Shown here: in pieces, positions 10,736 through 21,865 of the stretch
Layout: each line of letters starts with the position of its first letter
How positions within the stretch are numbered: the stretch's first letter is position 1
Origin: an uncultured Actinomycetes bacterium
GTDB taxonomy: Bacteria; Actinomycetota; UBA4738; HRBIN12
Direction of reading: 5' to 3'
Assembly (NCBI GenBank): GCA_963708985.1
Contig: CAVPUQ010000009.1
Span: 246,362 to 310,361 of the forward strand
DNA length: 64,000 bases
The notes under the pieces: model-generated
The model's input: the letters and a program-made list of their open reading frames with translations, nothing else
Databases searched by the model: none
Told to the model about the DNA's origin: nothing
Program-made: the position numbers and the translations under genes

Positions 10736-11926
10736 ATGGTAGACGACGCCGCGGTGGAAGCCGTCCTCGGTTCGCTCGACCCCGTCGAGGTGCTCGCGTA
10801 TGCCCGCGCGCTGCTCGCGGCGCCGAGCGAGAACCCCGGCGGGACCGAGGACGCGGCCGCCCACGTGGCGGTGGACATCCTCACGAGCCTCGGCGCCTCG
10901 CCGGAGGTCGTCCGTGGCGAGGCCGGCCGGCCGAGCGTGATCGCCTCGTTCGGCTCGGGCGCCCGACCGAAGCTCGCGTGGAACGGTCACCTCGACGTCG
11001 TGCCTGCCGGCGACCCGTCGACGTGGACGCACCCGCCGTTCGACGGGACGGTCGTCGACGGTCGGCTCGTGGGGCGCGGGACGGCCGACATGAAGGGGGC
11101 CATCGGGGCGGCGCTCGCGGCTGCGAGCGCGATCGTGCGCTCGGGCGTGCGCCTCGGCGGGACGCTCGAGCTGCACCTCGCGGCCGACGAGGAGCTCGCC
11201 GGGCTCCACGGCACCAAGGTGCTCTGGGAGGCCGGACTGCTCGACCAGGACGCCTGCATCGTCGGTGAGCCGACCGGACTCCAGCTCGCCCTCGCCGAGC
11301 GCGGGGGCGCGTGGGTCACGGCGACCGCGCTCGGGAAGGCCGCCCACGGCTCGATGCCGCACCTCGGCGTGAACGCGATCACCTCGATGGCGCGGCTCCT
11401 GCTGCGGATCGAGGAGGTGCTCCCCGACCGCGAGCACCCCCTCGTCGGCCGGCCGACGGTGAACGCCGCGCTCATCTCCGGCGGGAGCGCGCCGAACGTC
11501 GTGCCGGACCGGTGCGAGGTCGACATCGACCGCCGCCTCGTGCCCGGCGAGAGCGTGAGGGAGGAAGTGCTCGCACCCTTCGATCGCCTCGCCGCGTCCA
11601 TCGCCGCCGAGCATCCCGAGGTCGACCTGTCCTTCCGGGTGCGCGAGTGGACCGACGCCGCCGAGGCACCGCGCGACAGCCGCATCGCCGAGCTCCTCCG
11701 CGCCGCGGTGGCCGAGGAGACCGGCACCCCGCCCGCCGACGTCGGGATCACCGGCATCACCGACGCGCGCTTCTACATCAACGAGGCGCAGATCCCCACG
11801 GTCATCCTCGGACCCGGCTCGCTGACGGTGGCGCACACGGCGAACGAGTGGGTCGCCGTCGATGAGCTCGTCGCCGCCGCTCGGGTCTACGCCCGTGTCT
11901 TCGTCCGTTTCCTCGGCGGGGAATGA
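10736..11926 (+). CDS. M20 family metallopeptidase/deacylase (ArgE/DapE-like)
   Basis: NGHLDVVP, GRGTADMKG, DEE, GEPT, AHGS, AHTANE. Confidence 0.9.
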   Translation: MVDDAAVEAVLGSLDPVEVLAYARALLAAPSENPGGTEDAAAHVAVDILTSLGASPEVVRGEAGRPSVIASFGSGARPKLAWNGHLDVVPAGDPSTWTHPPFDGTVVDGRLVGRGTADMKGAIGAALAAASAIVRSGVRLGGTLELHLAADEELAGLHGTKVLWEAGLLDQDACIVGEPTGLQLALAERGGAWVTATALGKAAHGSMPHLGVNAITSMARLLLRIEEVLPDREHPLVGRPTVNAALISGGSAPNVVPDRCEVDIDRRLVPGESVREEVLAPFDRLAASIAAEHPEVDLSFRVREWTDAAEAPRDSRIAELLRAAVAEETGTPPADVGITGITDARFYINEAQIPTVILGPGSLTVAHTANEWVAVDELVAAARVYARVFVRFLGGE

Positions 11927-11953
11927 ACCCACCGGCGGAGGGTTGGTAACGGC

Positions 11954-13324
11954 GTGGAGCGCTACGACGTCTTCGTGATCGGCGGCGGTGGGACGGGCTC
12001 GGAGGTCGCGTTCCAGCTCGGCGGCCGGAGCGACCTGAAGGTCGCCATCGCCGAGCGCGACAAGCTCGGCGGCGAGTGCAACCACTACGGATGCGTCCCC
12101 ACGAAGGTCATGCTCCGCAGCGCGAAGATCGCCGCGCAGGCCCGCGACGCCGAGCGCTTCGGTGTCCGCATCGAGGGCTCGGTCGAGGTCGACCTGCAGG
12201 CCGTCTTGCGGCGGGCTCGCGACGTCGTCGACAGCCAGTCGGGCGAGGGCCCGAAGCCGTTCGAGCGCATGGGCATCCGGGTGCTCCTCGAGGAGGCCCG
12301 GCTGATCGGCGAGCACCGCGTCGAGACCGCGAGCGGCGAGCAGATCGAGGCGGATCGCGTGGTTCTCGCGACCGGGACCGAGGCCACCGTGCCCGCCGAT
12401 CCCCGGCCTGCGCGAGGGGCCCTACTGGACGAACAGAGGAAGCCATCTGGTCGCCCGAGCGGGTGCCCGGCTCGCTGATCGTGATCGGCGCCGGCGCGAT
12501 CGGCATCGAGTTCGCCCAGATCTACGCGCGGTTCGGCTCGACGGTGACCGTGCTCGAGGCGCTCCCACAGGTCTTGCCGAACGAGGACGAGGAGGCCGCC
12601 GCCTCGCTCGTCCCCGCCTTCGAGGCGGAGGACATCCGCCTGCGCGCCGGCGTGTCCATCGAGCGCGCCGAGCACGACGGCGCGGCGTGGACCCTCTCGC
12701 TCGCCGGCGGCGAGACGCTGCGCGCGGACGAGATCCTCGTCGCGACCGGGTCGCCGCCCCGTGTTCGACGTCCACGACCTCGGCGCGGCGGGTGTCGAGC
12801 TGGACGACCTCGGACGCCCGGTCCTCGGCGAGACGCTCCGCACGACGAACGCCGACGTGTGGGCCGCGGGCGACGCGACCGGCGACCTGCTCTTCACGCA
12901 CGTCGGCTCGTACGAGGCCGAGCTCGTCGTCGACGACATCCTCGGCCGGCCGCGCCCCCGCGACTACCGCGTGGTTCCGCGGGTGACGTTCTGCGACCCC
13001 GAGGTCGCTAGCGTCGGCCTCACCGAGCGTGAGGCACGCGAGGCCGGCCACGACGCGAGGACCTCGGTGCTCCGGTTCGAGGACAACGAGCGCGCGCACA
13101 TCGACGGCCGGACCGCCGGACTGGTGAAGCTCGTCGGCGACGCCCGCACGGGCGAGGTCCTCGGCGGGCACATCGTCGGCGACGAGGCCGGTGCGATGAT
13201 CCACGAGGTCGTCGCGGTGATGGCCGGGCGGACCCCTGCGACGGTGGCCGGTGAGGCGATCCACGCCTATCCGACCCTGTCCGAGTCCGTGAAGGGCGCG
13301 CTCCTCGGCCTCGCCGAACGCTGA
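11954..13324 (+). CDS. Class I pyridine nucleotide-disulfide oxidoreductase (Lpd-like); indels near 12400, 12435, 12750
   Basis: GGGGTG, GGECNHYGCVPTK, GAGAIGIE, AAGD, HAYPTLSE spread across three frames. Confidence 0.85.
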
Positions 13325-13347
13325 CCCTGGGGTAAGGTGGGAGGGCG

Positions 13348-13689
13348 ATGGACACCGACACCGCCGTGCTCGCGGTCACCGAGAAGGCCGCTCGCAAGGC
13401 TCGCGCGCTCGCCGAGAAGGAGGGGCGTCCCGACGCCGCCTTGCGACTGCGCGTGGTGGCCGGCGGGTGCTCAGGCTTCTCCTACGAGCTCTCGTTCACC
13501 GATGTCCCTGAGGCCGACGACCACGTGATCGAGATCGAGGGCTTCCGCGTGCTCGTGGACCGCAGGAGCGCGCCGATCGTCCGGGGCTCGACCCTCGACT
13601 TCAACGACGCGCTCCTCGGCGGTGGGCTCAGGGTCCACAACCCGCAGGCCGTTCACGAGTGCGCCTGCGGCGAGTCCTTCTCGATCTAA
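13348..13689 (+). CDS. Iron-sulfur cluster A-type carrier (IscA/ErpA/HesB)
   Basis: GGCSGFSY and CACGESF. Confidence 0.93.
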   Translation: MDTDTAVLAVTEKAARKARALAEKEGRPDAALRLRVVAGGCSGFSYELSFTDVPEADDHVIEIEGFRVLVDRRSAPIVRGSTLDFNDALLGGGLRVHNPQAVHECACGESFSI

Positions 13690-13793
13690 GGAGCCGGTCG
13701 CGCGCACCCTGGACGGACCGGCCACACAGCCCCGGGCCGGTTGGGTCGTTCGGCCCGACCTCGCACCGGAAGGCGGGCGATATCCTGCTGGCC

Positions 13794-14927
13794 ATGGCAC
13801 CCAAAGAGAACACCCAGTGGTTCGAGCTCTACCACGAGGTCGTCGACACGGGCCTGTGCACCGGTTGCACCGCATGCATCGTGGCCTGTCCGTTCCACGT
13901 CCTCGGCTACGAGGACTACCACCCGGTCCAGCTCCAGGAGGACGGGATCGACCGGTGCGCGCACGGCGACAAGGGCTGTTCGCTTTGCACGCTCGCGTGC
14001 CCCCGTTTCCGCGAGTGGGAGGGGGAGATCGACCAGCACCTCTTCGGCGCGACCCGCAAGCCCGAGGAGGTCATCGGCTTCTACAAGGACATCGTGCTCG
14101 CGCGTGCCGCGAACCCCGAGGTGCTCGCCCACGGCCAGGACGGCGGCGTGGTCTCCGCGCTCCTGATCTGGGGACTCGAGAAGGGTGAGCTCGACGGCGT
14201 GTGCACCTCGAAGCTGTCGGACGAGCGCGAGTGGGACTGCGAGCCCGCCGTCGTGACCGACCGCGAGGGCGTGCTCGCCGCGGCCGGCTCTCGCTACACG
14301 TACTCGCCGAACCCGCTCGCCATGCTGAAGGCGGCCGAGATGGGCCTGTCGAAGCTCGCGCTCGTCGGCATGGGGTGCCAGGCGAGCGCTCCCGGCTCGA
14401 TGGCCGCGCGCCGCGTGAACAAGTGGGCGAAGAAGATCAACTGGACGTTCGGCCTGCTCTGCTCGAAATCGTTCACCTACGACGGCCTCATGGTCGAGAT
14501 CGCGCAGAAGGAGCTCGGCCTGAACCTGGACGACATCGTCCGGATGAACATCAAGGGCAAGCTGCTCTTCTATACGAAGGACGGACAGGAGCTCACGTAC
14601 GGGCTGAAGAAGTCCCACGTGTACACGCGGCCCGGGTGCCTGCACTGCCCCGACTTCGCCGCCGAGCACGCCGACATCTCCTTCGGAGGCCTCGGGCAGG
14701 GCGAGGGGTGGTCGCTCACGATCATCCGCACGGAGAAGGGACAGGACATCTGGAACCGTGCCGTCGCGGACGGTGTCGTGGAGTGGAAGCCCGGCTCCGA
14801 GGACCAGGGCGCGATCGACCTCATGCAGAAGCTCGCCGTGAAGTCTCGCGAGCGCTGGCGCATGGACACCGAGTGGTCCTCGCCCGGGATCATCCCGGCA
14901 ACCGAGGGTGCCCCGGCGGACGCCTGA
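13794..14927 (+). CDS. Coenzyme F420 hydrogenase/dehydrogenase beta-subunit (FrhB/FdhB family) with N-terminal 2x[4Fe-4S] domain
   Basis: CTGCTACIVACP and CSLCTLACP; GQDGGVVSALL, AGSRY, VGMGCQ, GLLC, GCLHCPDF.AE.ADISFG. Confidence 0.88.
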   Translation: MAPKENTQWFELYHEVVDTGLCTGCTACIVACPFHVLGYEDYHPVQLQEDGIDRCAHGDKGCSLCTLACPRFREWEGEIDQHLFGATRKPEEVIGFYKDIVLARAANPEVLAHGQDGGVVSALLIWGLEKGELDGVCTSKLSDEREWDCEPAVVTDREGVLAAAGSRYTYSPNPLAMLKAAEMGLSKLALVGMGCQASAPGSMAARRVNKWAKKINWTFGLLCSKSFTYDGLMVEIAQKELGLNLDDIVRMNIKGKLLFYTKDGQELTYGLKKSHVYTRPGCLHCPDFAAEHADISFGGLGQGEGWSLTIIRTEKGQDIWNRAVADGVVEWKPGSEDQGAIDLMQKLAVKSRERWRMDTEWSSPGIIPATEGAPADA

Positions 14928-15057
14928 CCGAAGTCCAGCGAACCCCGCGCTCGAGGCTGTTGCCTTCGCGGCCGACGCTCCGCCCGCGGGCGCGGCCGGG
15001 TAGGCGGGCGCCCCCGGCGACGGCCGGGGGCGTCCGATGGTCCGTTGGGGTCGAGCG

Positions 15058-15387
15058 CTAGCCGACCGCGGCCCAGCCGGCCACCGTCGGGTGGTCGGCG
15101 GCGCTCGGTCCCACCTGGGCGGCGCCGCCGGGCGAGCCGACCCCGCTCACCGCGTCGCCGAAGAACTCGGCGTTGATCGCCGTGAACTGCTTCCACTCCG
15201 CCGGCACGTCGTCCTCATAGAAGATCGCCGTCACGGGACAGACCGGCTCGCAGGCACCACAGTCCACGCACTCGTCGGGCTGGATGTACAGCATCCGGCC
15301 GCCCTCGTAGATGCAGTCGACCGGGCACTCGTCGACACAGGCCTTGTCCTTCACGTCGATGCAAGGCTCAGCGATCGTGTAGGTCAT
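15058..15387 (-). CDS. fdxA: 7Fe ferredoxin, actinobacterial FdxA/FdxC type
   Basis: MTYTIAEPCIDVKDKACVDECPVDCIY...CVDCGACEPVCPV. Confidence 0.95.
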   Translation of the reverse strand: MTYTIAEPCIDVKDKACVDECPVDCIYEGGRMLYIQPDECVDCGACEPVCPVTAIFYEDDVPAEWKQFTAINAEFFGDAVSGVGSPGGAAQVGPSAADHPTVAGWAAVG

Positions 15388-15464
15388 GCCGTTTTCCCCT
15401 TTTCTACGGTGCGCACCGTGCAAACCGTAGTCTAGCCGGGGGACGGCGGTCCGCAAGCCGGGCC

Positions 15465-16427
15465 TCAGGCCCGTCGTGGCGCGAGCGCGAGGAGCGTCCC
15501 GAGGATCGACGGCGCCGGCTCCCCGATGGGGACGGGGTAGACGACGGGCAGCGCTGCGCCCGCCTGCCGGTACTCGTTCAGGCGCGCGAGCGCCTCGGTC
15601 CGCCCACCGAACAGACACACGGCGCGAACCAGACCCGCGGGCACGCCGTCCGGATCGCCGGCCCGGCGTGCGGCCGCGGCAGCGGCGGCCTCCTCGCCCA
15701 GTCCGGTCGCCGCGAACTGCCTCGCGTATCCCGCGTACGACGCGTACTCGCCCGCTGCCGAGCGCAGGGCCCGGAGAGCGGACGCCTCGTCCTGCTCGAC
15801 GCACGCGCGGACGTAGACGGCCACGGTCACGTCGGCCGGATCACGACCGGCGGTCTCCGCGCCCTCGCGCACACGGTCGCGGGCGAACGCGACCCGCTCG
15901 GGAGGGCACCAATTGAGCAGGACGCCGTCGGCAACCTCCCCCGCCAGACGCATCGCCCGAGGGCCGAGCGCCGCGATCCAGATGGGGACGCGCGCGCCCG
16001 GGTCCAGCGACAGGTGGGCCCGCTCCCCCTTCCGGTCGGTCGCCTCGCCGACGAAGAGGGCTCGGAGCGCTCGAACCTCCTCGGCCAGACGGGCGAGCGC
16101 GCCGGGCTCGGCGGGGCCGGTGCCGAGGCCGAGCACGAGGCGTCCGCTCGAGCGCTCGTGCACGGAGGCAGCACCCATCGCCGTGAGGAGGGTCGTCCGC
16201 GAGGTCATCGGCACGACGCCGGTGCCGAGGAGCAGGTCGCGGGTCTCCGCGGCCAGGCCTGCCAGCGCGACCAGCGCGTCGCGGCCGGCGATCTCGGGAA
16301 GGAACACCGCCGAGAAGCCGAGCAGCTCGCCCGAGCGCGTCACGCCGGCGAATGCGTCCCATGGGAGCGGATCCCGGAGGGCGAATCCGGTGCCCTTCGG
16401 TTGTCGAACGGTGGTCACGCCTGCCAT
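15465..16427 (-). CDS. Luciferase-like monooxygenase (LLM) family oxidoreductase, possibly F420-dependent
   Basis: LGTGVVP, SSGRLVLGLG, PIWIAALGPRAMRLAGEVADG. Confidence 0.85.
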   Translation of the reverse strand: MAGVTTVRQPKGTGFALRDPLPWDAFAGVTRSGELLGFSAVFLPEIAGRDALVALAGLAAETRDLLLGTGVVPMTSRTTLLTAMGAASVHERSSGRLVLGLGTGPAEPGALARLAEEVRALRALFVGEATDRKGERAHLSLDPGARVPIWIAALGPRAMRLAGEVADGVLLNWCPPERVAFARDRVREGAETAGRDPADVTVAVYVRACVEQDEASALRALRSAAGEYASYAGYARQFAATGLGEEAAAAAAARRAGDPDGVPAGLVRAVCLFGGRTEALARLNEYRQAGAALPVVYPVPIGEPAPSILGTLLALAPRRA

Positions 16428-16438
16428 CGTCGCACGCC

Positions 16439-17083
16439 GTGGATGCGCTGCGTTTCGCGACGGAGGACGGGGTCTCGCTCGAGGCCGAGCTACGCCTGCC
16501 GGAGCTCCCGGCGCGCGGCTCGGCCGTCATGTGTCACCCACACCCTCGGCAGGGGGGCAGCAAGGACCACCCGCTCCTGTGGGCGATCCGGGACGAGCTC
16601 GTGAAGCGCGGGTTCGCCGTCCTGTCGTTCAACTTCCGCGGGGTGCTCGGTTCGGGCGGCACGTTCGGGGGCGGGCATGCCGAGGTCCGGGATGTCGCGG
16701 CCGCCGTCGTTCGGGTCCGTGCCGGGGTCGAGGGTCCCACCGTCGTGTGCGGTTGGTCCTTCGGCGCGCTCGTCGCCTTGCACGAGGCGGTCCTGGACCG
16801 CGACGTGGCCGGGCTCGCGCTCGTGGGGCTCCCGCTCGGCGACACCGGGCTCGAGCTCCCCGACCCGCCGAGCGCGTCCGAGCTCCGTGCGTTCCGCCGG
16901 CCGGTGCTCCTGCTTTCGGGGCAGGGCGATCGGTTCTCTCAGCGCCCGGCCCTGGAGAGGATCGCGGTCCGCCTGCCGAGGGCCGAGCTCACGATCGTCC
17001 CCGGCACCGACCACTTCTTCTGGCGCCGCGAGGCCGAGGCTGCGATGGCGGTCGCCGACTTCGCGGAGCGCGTGGTGGCCTAG
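16439..17083 (+). CDS. Alpha/beta hydrolase
   Basis: CHPHPRQGG, FNFRGV, GWSFG nucleophile elbow, DHFF. Confidence 0.88.
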   Translation: MDALRFATEDGVSLEAELRLPELPARGSAVMCHPHPRQGGSKDHPLLWAIRDELVKRGFAVLSFNFRGVLGSGGTFGGGHAEVRDVAAAVVRVRAGVEGPTVVCGWSFGALVALHEAVLDRDVAGLALVGLPLGDTGLELPDPPSASELRAFRRPVLLLSGQGDRFSQRPALERIAVRLPRAELTIVPGTDHFFWRREAEAAMAVADFAERVVA

Positions 17084-17334
17084 CGGCTCCCACGCAACGA
17101 GCGCTGGCTGAGCAGCACGACGGCGAGGATGCCGCCGGCGACGACCACCAGCGACGCCCACCCCGGACCTCCGAGCAACCCCGCGATCAACGCCGCGCCG
17201 GCCCACAGCGGGATCGAGGTCCACCAGGCCCAGCGTCCCCACCGCCTGCCCCACGTGCGCTCGACGACGTGCATCGCCCGCCAGTACCCGAGCGCCGCGA
17301 GGCCGAGGAGGATGATGCCGAGCGCCTTGGCCAC
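17080..17334 (-). CDS. Small membrane protein (about 3 TM)
   Basis: Hydrophobic segments LGIILLGLAALGYW, WAGAALIAGLL, LVVVAGGILAVVLL. Confidence 0.6.
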   Translation of the reverse strand: MAKALGIILLGLAALGYWRAMHVVERTWGRRWGRWAWWTSIPLWAGAALIAGLLGGPGWASLVVVAGGILAVVLLSQRSLRGSR

Positions 17335-17338
17335 CGGG

Positions 17339-17656
17339 CTACCGATCCTCGTCGGAGGGGTTGCGGTCCCCCCAGGGGCTCGAGCCGCCAGGGCGGCCCG
17401 GACCACCCGGGCCACGGGGCCGCCGAGCCCGACGCGACCAGATCATCGGCAGGAGCAGGAACGTGAAACCGAGGAGCCGCGGCACGATCACGATCCCGAG
17501 GATCAGGAACATCGCGCCGAGCACGATCCACGGCGCCGGGACCGGCAAGGCGCGCCGGCCCCCACGCACGGGGCCGCCGCCCGTGAGGGCGAAGACCACG
17601 GCGCCGAGAGCGACGACGACGACCGTGACGCCGATGGCGATGAACGCCGGACCCAC
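17339..17656 (-). CDS. Small membrane protein
   Basis: Hydrophobic segments; TAGGCT -10 six nt upstream of GTG. Confidence 0.6.
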   Translation of the reverse strand: MGPAFIAIGVTVVVVALGAVVFALTGGGPVRGGRRALPVPAPWIVLGAMFLILGIVIVPRLLGFTFLLLPMIWSRRARRPRGPGGPGRPGGSSPWGDRNPSDEDR

Positions 17657-17681
17657 GGGACCAGCCTACCCCCGGGCGCCC

Positions 17682-18812
17682 CTACGTTCGGAGCTCGGTG
17701 TCGAACGCGACGCCTTCGGACCGCAGGTCGGCGATGAACGCCTCGGGGTCGAACGCCAGCTCGGGAGGGTGCACGCCGGGCGCGACGCGGCCCTCGGCCA
17801 TCCAGCGCGCCGTGATCGCGATGGGGATCGCCGTCCCGAACGCGCCGGCCGACAGGCGCTCGGGGCTCGGTTCGAACCGCGCGAGCGCGCGGTGCTCGGC
17901 GGGACGGCCGCCCTTGGTCCCGGCGACGCGGACGTCGAGGAACTCGACGTCGTTCGGCTCGCCCTCGGGCACGGGGAGGCGGTTCAGCACGGCGGCGAGC
18001 ACCTCACGGGGGGCGATCTCGCCCGACTCGGTCCACACGGGCTCCGTGCTCGCGAGTCCGACGCCCGTGAGGAACGCGAAGCCCTCGTGCACGGCCCGGG
18101 GGAGCGCGAGGCGCCAGCGGACAGCGCGGACGCCGGGGATGGTGCTCGGCAAGGTGGCGGGCTCGGAGTGGAGCGTGAACATCGCGGGCTGCCGGCCGAC
18201 GGGCTCGGGGAAGTCCCAGTCGACCACGCCCGAGGCGGCCGGCACCTCGCGCAGCTCGCCGTCCTCGAACACCATCGCCGGCATCGTGAACTCGTCCAGC
18301 ACCGTGTCCACGGAGTACGGCACGCTGAACGTCCCACCGTCGGCCGTCAGGTCGACCGCGCCGTCGGCCATGTCGATCGAGGTCACCTCGTCCAGCCGGT
18401 CGGCGCCGAGCTTCGCGAGCACGTTCGTCAGCCCTGGCGCCGAGCCGATCCCCAGCACCGCCGAAACGCCCGCGGTCTCGAACCGCTCGTGGAGCTCGAG
18501 CTGGGCCTTCGTCGTGTGGAACAGCCCGCCGAGGTCCGCGTAGTGGCATCCGGCCGCGAGCGCCGCTTCCATGGTCGGCAGGTTCACCCGGTACGGGATG
18601 CACGCCGCGACGGCACGCACCTCGCGCAGGATCTCAGTCAGCTCATCCGTCGTGGCGTCGAAGCCGCGCCCCTCGGCGCCAACCTGCTCGGCGACGCGAA
18701 GGGCCCTTGCTTCGTCCACGTCGAGCACGAGCAACTCGATGTCGTCGTGTCTCGCGAGGAGCACCGAGGCGGCGCTCCCCATCGCTCCCGCGCCCAGCAC
18801 GGCGATCCGCAC
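17682..18812 (-). CDS. Saccharopine dehydrogenase-like oxidoreductase (lysine 6-dehydrogenase-like)
   Basis: GAGAMG Rossmann, HYADLGG, GIGSAPGLTN, TLHSEPATL. Confidence 0.85.
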   Translation of the reverse strand: MRIAVLGAGAMGSAASVLLARHDDIELLVLDVDEARALRVAEQVGAEGRGFDATTDELTEILREVRAVAACIPYRVNLPTMEAALAAGCHYADLGGLFHTTKAQLELHERFETAGVSAVLGIGSAPGLTNVLAKLGADRLDEVTSIDMADGAVDLTADGGTFSVPYSVDTVLDEFTMPAMVFEDGELREVPAASGVVDWDFPEPVGRQPAMFTLHSEPATLPSTIPGVRAVRWRLALPRAVHEGFAFLTGVGLASTEPVWTESGEIAPREVLAAVLNRLPVPEGEPNDVEFLDVRVAGTKGGRPAEHRALARFEPSPERLSAGAFGTAIPIAITARWMAEGRVAPGVHPPELAFDPEAFIADLRSEGVAFDTELRT

Positions 18813-18905
18813 GGCCGGAAGGATACCGGCCGAACGCCGCTCAGCCCGTGTGCACCGCGACCAGCTCCGCGACCCCCTGACCTCCTGCGACCGAGCGCTC
18901 CCTGA

Positions 18906-20338
18906 CTACAGTGGGACGTGCGACAGGACCATGATCCGCGGCTCGCTCATCTCCTCCATCGCGAAGCGCAGGCCCTCGCGGCCGAAGCCCGAGTCCTTCG
19001 AGCCCCCGTACGGCATCTGGTCGGCCCGGAACGCCGAGATGTCGTTCACGATCACGCCACCGACCTCGATCTCGCGGTGCGCCTGGAACGCCCGGTTGAG
19101 GTCGTTCGTGAACACGCCGGCCTGCAGGCCGAAGCGCGAGTCGTTCACGACGGCGATCGCCTCGTCGAAGGTCTCGTACGGGCTGATCGTCACGACCGGC
19201 CCGAAGATCTCCTCGCGGCAGACCTTCATCTCGGGCTTCACCTCGGCAGATGAGCGTCGGGTGGTAGAAGGGTCCCTCGAAGCGTGCCGCCGGTGAGGAT
19301 CTCGGCGCCCTGCGAGACGGCCTCCTTCACCCACGCGTCGATCCGCTCGACCTCGCTCTTCTGGATGACCGGGCCGACGTCGACCGTCGGGTCCATGGGA
19401 TCGCCGGTCTTGAGGTTCTCGACCTCCTTGACCAGCCGAGCGGCGAAGTCCTCGTAGACCTCGCTCGACACGAGCACGCGCTGCACGCTGATGCAGCTCT
19501 GCCCCGCCTGGTAGTAGCCGCCGAACGCGATCCGCGCGGCCGCGAGATCCAGGTCGGCGTCCGAGTGCACGATGACCCCGGCGTTTCCACCGAGCTCGAG
19601 CGTGACCCGCTTCTTCGGGTCCAGGCCCTTCAGGTACCAGCCGATGTCGGGCGAGCCGGTGAACGAGATCTTCCGGAATCGCTCGTCGCGCGCCATCCGG
19701 TCCGCGACGCTCGAGCGCACCGGGAGCACCTGGTACATGCCCTTCGGCAGGTCGGTCTCCTCGAACAGCTCGGCCAGGCGCAGCGCCCCGATCGGGGTGG
19801 CGGAGGCCGGTTTCACGACGATCGGCGCGCCGACCGCGAGCGCCGGTGCGACCTTGTGGGCCACGAGGTTCAGCGGGAAGTTGAACGGCGTGATGCCGAA
19901 CACCGGCCCGAAGGGGAACCGCCGCAGCAGGCCGATCCGAGAGCCGAACGCGGCCTCGGTGTCCAGGCGCATCAGCTCGTCGTCACCGTGCCGCAGGACC
20001 TCGGACGCCCAGCGGAAGGTGCTGACGGCGCGCGCGGCCTCGACCTTCGCCCACTTGAGCGGCTTGCCGCCCTCGCGCGCGATCGAGCTCGGCGTTCTCG
20101 TCGAGGGTCTCGGCGAGGCGCTTCGAGATGTGGTCGAGCGCGGTCGAACGCGCCGCAACCGAGCAGACGCCGGGACTCCTCGAACGTGGCGGCCGCCGTC
20201 GCGATGGCCTCCTCGACGTCCGCGTCGCTCGGGACACCGATCTCGGCGACGACGCTCGTCGTCGTAGGGGCTCTTCACCTCGAAGATCCCCTCGCCGGTG
20301 CGCCACTCGCCGTTCACGAAGAACGGTCTGACTGCCAT
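18906..20338 (-). CDS. NAD(P)-dependent aldehyde dehydrogenase (indels near 19250-19290 and 20085-20260)
   Basis: ITPFNFP, FTGS, LELGGN, GQSCIS, EEIFGP, PYGGSKDSGFGREG. Confidence 0.88.
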
Positions 20339-20420
20339 GGGACGATCACCACCCTTCCGACGAAGGTGACCCGAGCCCGACGTTCGGGCCGGGCCACCCC
20401 CGGGTTCCTGGCTGGTTCGC

Positions 20421-21865
20421 TCAGTCGAGCGACCACATCACATGCTTGATCTGCGTGTAGTCCTCGAGCGAGTACATCGACATGTCCTTGCCGTACCCGC
20501 TCTCCTTGTACCCACCGTGCGGCATCTCGGCGCTGATCATGAAGTGGGTGTTCACCCACACTGCGCCGAACTGCAGCCGCCGGGCCACGCGCATCGCACG
20601 AGCCGCGTCCTTGGTCCACACGGAGGACGCGAGGCCGTACACGACGTCGTTCGCCCACTGCGACCGCCTGGTCCTCGTCCGAGAAGCGCTGGACCGAGAC
20701 GACCGGCCCGAAGACCTCCTGCTGCACGATCTCGGACTTCTGGTCGACGCCGGCCACGACGGTCGGCTTGTAGTAGAAGCCGGCGCCGTCGATCCGCTCG
20801 CCGCCCGTGAGCACCTTGCCGCCGCCCTCGGCGGCGCGCTCGACGAACCCGGCCACGCTCTCGCGCTGGCCGCTCGAGACGAGCGGGCCCATCTCCACCG
20901 ACTCGTCCATGATCGGGCCGACCTTGATCGACTCGACGGTCGGGACGAGCGCCGAGAGCAGGTCCTCGTAGATGCTGGGGCCGGCGATCACACGGCAGGA
21001 TGCGGTGCAGTCCTGGCCTGTGTTCGTGTAGCCGGCGAACTTGAGCGTCTCGACGACCTTGTCGAGATCGGCGTCGTCGAACACGACGACCGGCGCCTTG
21101 CCGCCGAGCTCGAGGTGCGCACGCTTCACGTTCGAGGCCGCGGCGTTCGCAGCGATGATCTTGCCGGTCGCGGTGTCGCCCGTGACCGACACGAGCCGCA
21201 CCTTCGTGTTCTTCACGAGCTGGTCGCCGATGACCGAGCCGCGGCCGGTGACGACGTTGAGGACGCCGGCCGGCAGGATGCCCTCGGAGAGCTCGGCCAG
21301 GCGGAGCGCGGTGCGGGGCGTGAGCTGAGCGGGCTTGATGACGGAGACGTTGCCGGCCGCGAGCGCGGGCCCGACCTTCCAGATCGCCATCATCAGCGGG
21401 TAGTTCCAGGGACAGATGCCGGCGGTCACGCCGAGGGGCTCGCGCCGGATGAGGCTCGTGAAGCCCTTCTCGTACTCCGCCGGCGGACTTGCCCTCGAGG
21501 TGCCGGGCGGCCCCGGCGAAGAACCGCAGGTTGTCGATGATGAACGGGATATCGGCCGCCGAAACGGAGATCGGCTTGCCCACGTCCTCGGCCTCGAGCT
21601 TCGCCAGCGTGTCGACGTCCGCCTCCATGGCGTCGGCCAGGGCGAACATCATGGCCGAGCGCTCCTTCGGCGGGGTGTCGAACCAGACCTCGTCGTAGGC
21701 CTTCTGCGCCGCCTCGACGGCCCTGTCCGCGTCCTCGCGGGTCCCGACCTGGATGTTGTCGGCCGTCTCCCCGTTCGAGGGGTCGATGTTCGGCTCGACC
21801 TCGCCTCCGCCGGACTCGACCCACTCGCCGCCGATGTACATACCCCACGTCTTCATGTCGGCCAT
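20421..21865 (-). CDS. Gamma-aminobutyraldehyde dehydrogenase (PatD/YdcW-like), copy 1 (indels near 20660 and 21480)
   Basis: RFFAGAARHLEGKSAG, PWNYP, LELGGKAP, GQDCTA, EMPHGGYKESGYGKDMS. Confidence 0.88.

Noticed and set aside
11954-13324. Mercuric reductase (merA)
   Set aside because: No C-terminal Cys-Cys pair, no NmerA domain and no mer genes nearby
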